Assembly: GCA_031362565.1 (NCBI GenBank)
Contig: JANLSU010000069.1
Coordinates: 1-64,000, forward strand
DNA length: 64,000 bases
DNA from: a bacterium
GTDB lineage: Bacteria; Krumholzibacteriota; Krumholzibacteriia; G020349025
Reading direction: 5' to 3'
Both the position numbers and the translations under genes were made by a program. Numbering within the stretch: the first letter of the stretch is position 1; each line of letters opens with the position of its first letter. Under the pieces are notes generated by a model, which was not told the origin of the DNA, did no database searches, and was given only the letters and a program-made list of their open reading frames with translations. This document shows, piece by piece, positions 10,205 through 18,225 of this stretch.

Positions 10205-10669
10205 ATGGCGCTGCTCTTGGCATTTCTCCTCGGATGCTTTGCGGGCTTGCGCGCAATGACGGCGCCCGCCGTGACCGCGTGGGCTATGCACCTGGGTTGG
10301 CTCAAGCTCGAGCGCCCGCTCGCTCTCATCGGTGCCTTGCCGTCCGTCGTGACTTTGACGGTGCTCGCGCTCGGCGAGCTCGTGCACGACAAGCGCCCGA
10401 CGGCGCCGAACCGCACCGCCCCCATGGGCGTCATCGCCCGGGTTCTGACCGGCGGACTGACGGGCGCTTGCGTCACTGCAAGCGCTGCACAGTCCGCCCT
10501 CGTGGGTGCGCTGCTGGGTGCAGCGGGCGGCGTCGTCGGTTGTTTCGGCGGCTACCAAGTGCGCCGGCGCGTCGTCAAAGCGCTCAACGTGCCGGACATC
10601 TACATCGCATTGGTCGAGGATCTGGTTGCCGTCGGCGGCTCGCTCTGGGTCGTGTCGCGCTCGGTCTGA
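10205..10669 (+). CDS. DUF4126-like membrane protein
   Basis: AGLRAMTAPA, GELVHDK.P.APNRT, ALVED; hydrophobic. Confidence 0.7.
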   Translation: MALLLAFLLGCFAGLRAMTAPAVTAWAMHLGWLKLERPLALIGALPSVVTLTVLALGELVHDKRPTAPNRTAPMGVIARVLTGGLTGACVTASAAQSALVGALLGAAGGVVGCFGGYQVRRRVVKALNVPDIYIALVEDLVAVGGSLWVVSRSV

Positions 10670-10732
10670 CCCGAGTCTCGGGGCGCTCAACGCGGCCGAC
10701 AAGCACGAAACCGCGTCGCAACGCCGATGGAA

Positions 10733-11404
10733 TCATTTCGCCTCGTAGGTGAAGTCGTCGAAGAGCGTGTGACTGTCCGCCTTCGTCCACACACCCACGG
10801 CGCCGGGCCCGCGGAAGGTGGCATCCTGCCATTCGAGCGCCGGCTTGCCGTCGAACGTGACGCGAAAGCGATTGGCCTCGAAATCGACGCGCAGAGTGTG
10901 CCAAATGCCCGGTGCGACCTTGATGTCGGCGCGCTTCTTCTCGGACCGTTTGCCGGCGACCGTGTAGTAAATCGCGACATTGTCTTCGAGAGCGTTGGCG
11001 CGGGCGACGTAGTAGTTGTCGGCATCCAGCGCCCGCCACAGAACGCCGCCGGCTTGGTCCTCACGGCCGCTCACGGTCTTGAACTTGACCTCCACGAAGC
11101 CATCCCGGAGGTGGGTGCCGTTGAGAATGCACACTGGATAGGTAGCGTCGCCGGACTGTTGCAGCACATTCGGCCCACTCGGTGCGCCGGGGGACTGCTC
11201 GACGCTCCAATTGGGACCCCCCTTGCCCGTCTTGCCCGCGGTCCAGCCGGCCGGCGGAGCGCCGCAGGTTGACGCATCGAAATTCACGACGGTGGCGAAC
11301 GAAGTGCCGGCGGCCAAGCACTGCATCAGGGCGATGGCGCCCAAAACCAACGGCCCTACGGTTCGCGGGTCAGGCGGCCGATCTGAAAACAACCGGGCTT
11401 TCAC
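10733..11404 (-). CDS. Exported ConA-like beta-sandwich protein (DUF1080/3-keto-disaccharide hydrolase-like)
   Basis: DQAGGVLWR..D.DNYYVARANALE.N and G.VGVWTKADS.T.FDDF; GGGAG RBS before GTG. Confidence 0.7.
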   Translation of the reverse strand: MKARLFSDRPPDPRTVGPLVLGAIALMQCLAAGTSFATVVNFDASTCGAPPAGWTAGKTGKGGPNWSVEQSPGAPSGPNVLQQSGDATYPVCILNGTHLRDGFVEVKFKTVSGREDQAGGVLWRALDADNYYVARANALEDNVAIYYTVAGKRSEKKRADIKVAPGIWHTLRVDFEANRFRVTFDGKPALEWQDATFRGPGAVGVWTKADSHTLFDDFTYEAK

Positions 11405-11499
11405 GTCTGTCTCCCTCGTTCGAGGTGCTGCCCGCCTGGCCGGGGCCGGACATTAGCACGAGGACGCCTCCGTAACACGCGCGATCCAACGCCCGTTGT

Positions 11500-11610
11500 G
11501 AGATCGGGACGGTTGAAAAGGGCAAGGCCGCCGATCTCGTCGTGCTCGTTGCGAACGCGCTCGAGGACATCTCGAGCATGGCAATTGCACGTACGTTCAA
11601 GAGCGTATTT
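11500..11610 (+). pseudogene. C-terminal remnant of an amidohydrolase-family gene
   Basis: Reads EIGTVEKGKAADLVVLVANALEDIS, matching the G(T/S)xExGKxADLVVLxxxPLEDI terminal motif; no upstream catalytic domain. Confidence 0.65.
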
Positions 11611-11695
11611 CAGTCTTCGTTGGCGGTGACTATACTCGACAAGAGTCGCCCCTCGAAACGATTCACTTCCCGAACCCTCTCTGGGAGGTATCGCT

Positions 11696-12334
11696 TTGGG
11701 GGCTATTCGAGTCGTACTTGCCGATCCCGATCCGTATGCCCTTGCCGGCGTGCAGCAAGAGCTCGAACGTGCCGTCGATGTCGAAGTCGTTGCGGCCGCG
11801 CACGACATTGGGAGCCTGCGCGCGGCCCAGCTCGACGCCGGTGCCGACGCGTTGTTGTTCGATCCCGTCATCGCCGGGGATCGCGCCGACGCGCTCGCCA
11901 TCTTGCTGCGAAACTTCCCGCCAACGATGCAGCTTGTCGCATTGAGCCAGCAACACAGCCCAACCGATGTCCGCGCCGCCGGTCGAGCCGGTGTGGTTAG
12001 CTTCATTTTAAAGTCGGACGGCTATGGCAAGCTTGCGGAGATTCTGCGGACCGTGGCCGGTGGAACGCGGTACGTGAGTCCGTTGCTGAATCAATCACCG
12101 ATCGGCTCGTCGCCCGACCGCGATGCGTCGAGCCGTTGCCTGACGCCGCGTGAGACCGAGATCCTCCTGTTTGTTGCCGACGATATCCCGACCAGGGAAA
12201 TTGCCCGCCGGCTTGGCGTCAAGCCGCGGACGATCGATGCCCATCGCCTGAATATCATGCGCAAGCTGAACATCCATACCGGCATCGGTTTGACGCGGCA
12301 TGTCTTGCAATACCGGATCGCGACGTCAGCCTGA
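11696..12334 (+). CDS. NarL/LuxR-type response regulator
   Basis: REC (VVLAD, LLFD, FILK) plus LTPRETEIL...IARRL...TIDAHR.NIMRKL HTH; GGGAGG RBS before TTG. Confidence 0.85.
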   Translation: MGAIRVVLADPDPYALAGVQQELERAVDVEVVAAAHDIGSLRAAQLDAGADALLFDPVIAGDRADALAILLRNFPPTMQLVALSQQHSPTDVRAAGRAGVVSFILKSDGYGKLAEILRTVAGGTRYVSPLLNQSPIGSSPDRDASSRCLTPRETEILLFVADDIPTREIARRLGVKPRTIDAHRLNIMRKLNIHTGIGLTRHVLQYRIATSA

Positions 12335-12484
12335 ACAGGCTCGATCGACGGCGGCGCGATCGGGGCATATTGCAGTTCTAAACACGCGGCAGACCGCTCC
12401 GCAGGCCACCGCGGGCTCCCGCCTTGAGACCGTCTGGTTCGAGGCGTAGGATGCTCGGAGGTGACCCTACGAGGCGGCATCTGA

Positions 12485-13567
12485 ATGCTCCTGGACTTCA
12501 TTTCCAAGCACCGGCAGGAGCTCCTCGAGCGAGCGCGAGCCAAGGTCGCGCTTCGGGCCGTGCCACGGGCGACGACCGAGGAGCTTGCCAACGGTGTGCC
12601 GCTCTTTCTCAGCCAGCTGAGCCACATCCTGCAACAGGAAGCCAACCAAACGGCCCCGGATGGCGCGGCGATGGGAACGACCGCCCCCCAGCACGGCAGC
12701 GACCTCCTCAAGCAGGGATTCACGATCGCCCAGGTTGTGCACGACTACGGCGATGTCTGCCAGGCGATCACCGAACTCGCGTTGGACCTTCGCGTTCCGC
12801 TCGGCACCGATGACTTTCACATTCTGAATCGGTGCGTCGACAATGCGATTGCTAGTGCCGTAACGGAATATTCACGGCAGCGCGACGTGGACCGGTCGGG
12901 TGCCGCGATCCGTCGCCAGGGTTTCTTTGCCCACGAGCTTCGGAATCACCTGCAAACCGCGTTGCTGGCCTTGCAAGTCGTGAAAAGCGGGCGGGTGGGG
13001 GTGTCCGGAAGCACAATCGAAGTGCTGGAGCGCAGCCTGCACCGTTTGCGCGATCTCGTCGACCGCTCGGTGTCGGAGGTGCGGCTCGACTCGGGAACGC
13101 ATCGGCGCGAGCGGCTCCGGATGGCGCAGATCGTCGAAGAGATGGAGATCGACGCTTCGATTACCGCAACGGAACACGGCATTCAATTCAGCGTCGAGCC
13201 GGTCGATCACGCACTGTCGGTCGAAGTCGACCGGCACCTTTTTGCGGCGGCCATTTCCAATATCCTACAGAACGCATTCAAGTTCTCGCGGCCAGCCGGC
13301 CATGTGTGGCTCCGTACCCGCTCGACGGCGACTGTCGTCTCGATCGAAGTCGAGGACGAGTGCGGCGGCCTGCCGCCCGGAGCGGCGGCAGCGATTTTCC
13401 GGCCATTGGAACCGCAGAGTGCCGGCCGCGTTGGCTTGGGATTGGGCCTGGCGATCAGCCGGCAGGCCATCGAGGCCGACGGTGGCAGGATCTCGCTGCG
13501 GGACGTCCCGGGCAAAGGCTGCATCTTCATTGTCGAGATGCCGCGGGCCCAGAGCTCCGTCCACTAG
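12485..13567 (+). CDS. Cytoplasmic sensor histidine kinase (RsbRD-like N-terminus)
   Basis: QVVHDYGDVCQAITELA, H-box AHELRN, N-box NILQNAFKF, DECGG, GLGLGL. Confidence 0.9.
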   Translation: MLLDFISKHRQELLERARAKVALRAVPRATTEELANGVPLFLSQLSHILQQEANQTAPDGAAMGTTAPQHGSDLLKQGFTIAQVVHDYGDVCQAITELALDLRVPLGTDDFHILNRCVDNAIASAVTEYSRQRDVDRSGAAIRRQGFFAHELRNHLQTALLALQVVKSGRVGVSGSTIEVLERSLHRLRDLVDRSVSEVRLDSGTHRRERLRMAQIVEEMEIDASITATEHGIQFSVEPVDHALSVEVDRHLFAAAISNILQNAFKFSRPAGHVWLRTRSTATVVSIEVEDECGGLPPGAAAAIFRPLEPQSAGRVGLGLGLAISRQAIEADGGRISLRDVPGKGCIFIVEMPRAQSSVH

Positions 13568-13569
13568 GC

Positions 13570-15864
13570 TCAGAACCGCCACGCGTATTGCAGCTTGACC
13601 GGCAGTTCGTTCGACCGCAGCTCCCAACGCTTGTCCGGGCGCCGCTTCAGGTTGTGGTTGTACACCACGAAGAGTTCGCCCATCGGCCGGAACGTCCAGC
13701 GCAGCCGGTTGTTGGCGCCCAGTTCCTTGCTTTGCGTGTCGTACTGGGTCAAGCTGCTGAATTGCAGGTCGGACGAGAAGTTGAGTTGCAGGCGAACACC
13801 GTACAACTGTTCCTTGAACGACTTCGCGACGACGGCGGTCGAATGCAGCTCCTCGTAGTCGTCCACGAGCGCGGTCACTCTGCCGATGCTCCGTTCGCCG
13901 GTCAGCTCCAGCAACCAGAAGTTCGAAGGCCGGATTCCCAGACGGGCTTCGATCGTGTGGAGGTGCCCCTCATAGTAGGTTCCCGAATCCCAGGTGATCT
14001 CGCCGGCAAGGCGGCGCTTCTCGGCGGAATGCGCCGTGAGGAAGTAGCGGGTCCACTCGTACTTGCCGCCGCGAACATCGATGTCGGCGCTGATCTCGAA
14101 GGGCCTGGGAGGCCGGTCGCCCTCGGGCTCGATGCCGGCGGTGAACCGATCGCCGCTCTCCAAGAGCCAGTCGAACGGCTTCAGCGTCATGCTGTAGCTC
14201 TCCCAGTTGGTGTTGTCGAGTTTGTTGAACACGACGAACGAGACTTCATGGAACATCTGACGGATCCACGGCCAGGACGGGCGGGGATTGATTTCGCAAC
14301 CGAAGTCCCAGATTTGCACATTGTTGCGCGGCACGAAGCCCAACGAGGGACTGAAACCATCGCCGATGCGAATCGTCGACAGATTCAGGTCCAGGAGGTC
14401 GTTGGGGTATTCGAAGCGGATGCCGGTCGCGGATTTGTCGCCGTGCAGATCGGAGCGATCGTCGCGCAGGCCCCAGACGCCCATGAGGAGGTTCTTGTCG
14501 CCGCGGAAACTCGAGGTGCCGAGCACCGCGTCGACGCCGGCGGACCAACTTCCCGACCGGCCTTCCTGATCGCCGAACGTTGCGAGTATCCCGATCGATG
14601 ATTCTTCCATGATGTTCTGGCTGAGCCGCACGGCGCCCATGGTGGTCTGCGGCACGTCGAACGAGAAATCATCCGGTGTCTCCGCTTTGTGATTCACCTT
14701 GCGAGTGTTCACAACCAGCGCACCAACGTTGGTGTTGTCGGTGCGGCCCTGGATCTTGGCACCGGCGTTGATGGGGATCGAAGCTTGATCGTCTTCGTCG
14801 CGGCCGACCAGCCCGATGCGGCGGCTGTGGAACGGCAGGAGATTCTCCTCGTCCAGCCCCAGGCCGAACTCGAAGATGTCCGAACCCTCCAAGAAAAAGG
14901 AGCGCTTTTCCGGGAAGAAGACCGGAAACCGCGTCAAGTTGATCTGCCGGACGTCGACATCGGTTTCCGCAAAGTCGGTGTTCACGGTCAGCGCCGAGAG
15001 AAAGTTGGGTCCGAGTTTTTGGGTCACATCGAGGCTCAGATCGAGATCGTACTTGGTCTCCAAGTCCGGCCCGGGAGTGCGCGCGCGGCCGACTACAGCG
15101 GGGCGGACGCTCAATCCAATGCCGAGATCGAAGTGCGGCAGGTTCGTCAGGAGCCCGGCGCGGCTCGTCTTGTAGATCTCGTAGTCGACGTTGGCGCCCG
15201 CCCAACGGCTCGTCTCCTGCAAGCGTTGGATGCGCCGCTGCACGTTGAATCCCCACGAGTCCAAATCGGGCTTGAAACTGAGACTCTTGATCGGGATGCG
15301 GATCTCGGCCGACCAGCCCTTGTCGTCGCGGCTCGTCTTGGCTTCCCAAATGGCGTCCCATTCGGGATTCACGGCGGCGCCCTGCGTCGCGACCAGGCCA
15401 TCGAACCGGGCGCCGCTCGGGTTGACCGCGAAGACATAACCGGATCGCGAATCGAGAAACGTGTCGAACACGAGGACCACGTGGTCTTCCTCGGCGAGCT
15501 CCGAATCACGCGCTTTCGAATATGAAACGATCCCCCTGGGGTCCGGGTCGTAACAGCGCACGCCCACCACGATGGCGTCGCTGTTCGCCAGAACCCGGAC
15601 GAGCGTCCGGCCCGCGGACACGCCGCCCTCTTCGGGCTCGATGACGGTCAAGTTGGGGATCGAGTCGACGCCGCCCCACCACTTTTGTCCATCGGGGCGT
15701 CCGTCGAGTCTGAAATCGGCCGGCAGGACGCCAACCCGCAGGCTGGGCCGGTCGTTCTTGGCGGATTGCGCCTGCGCCTGGCCGGCGAGTGCAACAACCG
15801 CCGCCATGAACAGGCACAAGCAGGTGGATCGGTGACGCTGCACGATAGACCCCAGTCGCATCAT
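13570..15864 (-). CDS. CBM9-like + DUF5916 outer-membrane beta-barrel protein
   Basis: W.AEIRIP.KSL.F, NTDFAET.VD.RQINLTRFP.FFPEKR.FFLEG; C-terminal LQYAWRF beta-signal; start uncertain. Confidence 0.85.
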   Translation of the reverse strand: MMRLGSIVQRHRSTCLCLFMAAVVALAGQAQAQSAKNDRPSLRVGVLPADFRLDGRPDGQKWWGGVDSIPNLTVIEPEEGGVSAGRTLVRVLANSDAIVVGVRCYDPDPRGIVSYSKARDSELAEEDHVVLVFDTFLDSRSGYVFAVNPSGARFDGLVATQGAAVNPEWDAIWEAKTSRDDKGWSAEIRIPIKSLSFKPDLDSWGFNVQRRIQRLQETSRWAGANVDYEIYKTSRAGLLTNLPHFDLGIGLSVRPAVVGRARTPGPDLETKYDLDLSLDVTQKLGPNFLSALTVNTDFAETDVDVRQINLTRFPVFFPEKRSFFLEGSDIFEFGLGLDEENLLPFHSRRIGLVGRDEDDQASIPINAGAKIQGRTDNTNVGALVVNTRKVNHKAETPDDFSFDVPQTTMGAVRLSQNIMEESSIGILATFGDQEGRSGSWSAGVDAVLGTSSFRGDKNLLMGVWGLRDDRSDLHGDKSATGIRFEYPNDLLDLNLSTIRIGDGFSPSLGFVPRNNVQIWDFGCEINPRPSWPWIRQMFHEVSFVVFNKLDNTNWESYSMTLKPFDWLLESGDRFTAGIEPEGDRPPRPFEISADIDVRGGKYEWTRYFLTAHSAEKRRLAGEITWDSGTYYEGHLHTIEARLGIRPSNFWLLELTGERSIGRVTALVDDYEELHSTAVVAKSFKEQLYGVRLQLNFSSDLQFSSLTQYDTQSKELGANNRLRWTFRPMGELFVVYNHNLKRRPDKRWELRSNELPVKLQYAWRF

Positions 15865-16272
15865 TGGGTGGTTGTGAGGTGGGCCGTGGCCGCGCCCGGA
15901 CCGTCTTGGGTCCTTGGGCGCGCACGCCAGCCAGAGGTCTGGACCTCGGACAGTACTCGAGATGCATGGGGGGCGGTCCTGTCTCGACCGGCCCCCCGTA
16001 ACCCCGGAGCATTCTCGGGTATCAGTCGCAGGGAACCGGCTCACGTCCCCATTTTACCATCGCGAGCCCAACGCTGCCCACGCAAATGAGCGGCCGGGGC
16101 GGGGCCGGGTTCTTTTTGCACGGTTGGTACACAACGAGAACCTCCCTGCGACATTCGCGCCGCGCTCCGGCGCTACTATCTATTCACCTGAAGGTCTAGA
16201 GCCCCAAGCTCTCGCGCAGCTGGTCCCGATTCCGGGTTGAATTGCGACCGAGCTTCGCGGCGATTCGGAGCA

Positions 16273-17379
16273 TCAGAAGTCCAGCTGGGCTTGCAGACGC
16301 GCGCCGTCAACCGCCCGATGCGTCCCCGACTCCAGGCGGATGTCCCCCTGGAATTTCAAGAGATGCTCGTTCCGGTAGAAGTTCGCGCCCAAATAGGTGA
16401 TGTCCTTGACCCCGCCGCCCGCCGCGACGTCCAGCCGAACCTCATCGAAGCGCACGATCGGTTGGAAGCGCTGATTGAACAGGCTGATGCCCGCCCCCAG
16501 CATCAAGGCGGTCGTATCGATCGGGTTGCCGCCGGCCGGCGCAACGACCTTGATGACGTTGATTTCGCCCCGGCCGATGAGACGCGTGGATCCCATCGGT
16601 ACATCGACCATGCCGTCGATGCCACCGATGGCGTTTGATCCGTCGCGTTGGCCCGCCGCGTTCTCGATCGAACCCTGGTAACCGCCGTTCACGGCGAACG
16701 AGTACCAGGAGTCCTTGCCGAAGTGGGCATCGCGGAAAATGTCTTTGGTCGCGCCGAGGTTCAGGTCCAAGCGGCCGACGAACATCGGCGTGCCTTGCAA
16801 GTTGCTGCCGATGAACCGATTGTCGAACATGCCGAGGGTATACTCGGCGTGGCCGCCCGGCAGTTTGCCGCGGAAGTCGAATCCCACCGCGTTGTCGGCG
16901 AGGCCGAGCGCGTCCGGGACGTTCGACACGGCGCCACGATCGACGGCAAGTTGCTTGGAGTCCGACGTCAGCCGGTCGCGCGAAAAGGGCTGGTCGTAGA
17001 GCCCGGCGCGGATTTTGACGCCGGCTCCGAGCGGATACTGCACGTAGGCGTTCTCGACCGATGCAGATGGGCTCGCGGTGTACCCATCGGTGCGATCAAT
17101 CTTCCACTCGAAGTTGAAATCGGCCTCACGCGCCTCACCGGTGACCTTGAGCCGCGTCCGCCGGATCACGAAGTCGTGCAACCATTCCTTGCTCGAGACG
17201 GTGCCAGCTACACGTTCCAAGTCGAGGCGCGATTGCAGCCGCAACCCCAATTCCAACTTCATATCATCGGCGTCGAAGATCTTTAGGCCGGCTTGCGCCG
17301 GCGTTGCGAGCATCTGAGCTGTAGCCAGAGTCAGTACTCCGGCTGTCAATCGGCGGAAGCCGAAATGTTTCGCTTTCAC
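16273..17379 (-). CDS. Outer-membrane porin (OprO/OprP-like)
   Basis: Signal peptide, IRRTRLK..G, IRAG...PFSRD.LTSD, ends QAQLDF; GGGAG RBS before GTG. Confidence 0.75.
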   Translation of the reverse strand: MKAKHFGFRRLTAGVLTLATAQMLATPAQAGLKIFDADDMKLELGLRLQSRLDLERVAGTVSSKEWLHDFVIRRTRLKVTGEAREADFNFEWKIDRTDGYTASPSASVENAYVQYPLGAGVKIRAGLYDQPFSRDRLTSDSKQLAVDRGAVSNVPDALGLADNAVGFDFRGKLPGGHAEYTLGMFDNRFIGSNLQGTPMFVGRLDLNLGATKDIFRDAHFGKDSWYSFAVNGGYQGSIENAAGQRDGSNAIGGIDGMVDVPMGSTRLIGRGEINVIKVVAPAGGNPIDTTALMLGAGISLFNQRFQPIVRFDEVRLDVAAGGGVKDITYLGANFYRNEHLLKFQGDIRLESGTHRAVDGARLQAQLDF

Positions 17380-17621
17380 GGTACGCCTCTCCCTTTGGGT
17401 TTGCAGAGCGAACGCCTGACCCCGAACCGCTGGAGAGCAAGGTGCGGCTTGCGTAGCGTCGCGCTCCGCTTCAGTGTTCACGCCGATGCGAACCTCGATC
17501 GCTGCCTTGGCCGTGGGGATGCACAAAAACGTGGCCGCCCCATCGGCCGGGTCGCAGTGTTCGCCACTGCAACTCGGGAATGGGGCGGTTTCTGTCACAA
17601 GGCTCGTCGTGAAGTAAGCTG

Positions 17622-17651
17622 ATTATACACACAGACCGGAACGCGAGTCTA
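17622..17651 (-). promoter_or_regulatory. Putative sigma70 promoter of the porin gene
   Basis: Minus strand TAGACT-N18-TATAAT. Confidence 0.5.
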
Positions 17652-18225
17652 TTGTTTCACGCGTCGAGAAACATCCTTCGTGCGTCGGTTCGGTTGCGAT
17701 TTTTCACCCAATTCGCGGTCGTCCGAAACACTGCGAGTCGCAGCGTCGCGACGCAACTCGCAAGAAACCGTTGCGCCTGCGAACGCGCTGCTGGTACACT
17801 TCTGGTACTTGACGGTTTTGATGAGGGATTCTCGGACGCCCCACCCGAGTCCTGAAAAGGGCAAGGTCGGAGCGATTTCGTGTTTGCACGACGTTTAGGC
17901 GCCGGAGCGTGTCGCGTGTATAAGGTGTGCAGCCATTCGGCGCGGAATCGCACACTCGAGCCTCAGCGCCACCGTGCTTCTCGTTGTGCATGCCGGAGGC
18001 TCGGTGCCCGCGTTCCCCCAAGCTGGCCGAGTTCCTGGACCTCCCTCTCTTGAACGTCGAGTATTCCGAATCCACCCTGGATTCATCGTCGGACGAGTTC
18101 ACCTTGAAGTGCCGGTCGGCTGCGAGATTGCAGTGGGCGCACCCGCAAGGGAATGGTCGGGCAAAGTTGCGTAACACTGGAGTCTCGCACGGTGCGGGGA
18201 CGATCCCGCGAGGAGGTCTCAGATT

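Noticed and set aside
11510..11540. GAAAAGGGCAAGG (also at about 17855) as a c-di-GMP-I riboswitch start
   Set aside because: The following GAAA-capped P2 and GCAAAG elements are missing; the 11.5-kb copy is explained by the amidohydrolase remnant
16150..16260. tRNA-like fragment or att site between the DUF5916 and porin genes
   Set aside because: No cloverleaf, no TTCGA T-loop, and no integrase in the window
17590..17600. CTGTCAC as a Pho box for the porin
   Set aside because: Single half-site with no 11-bp repeat, and it lies downstream of the putative -10
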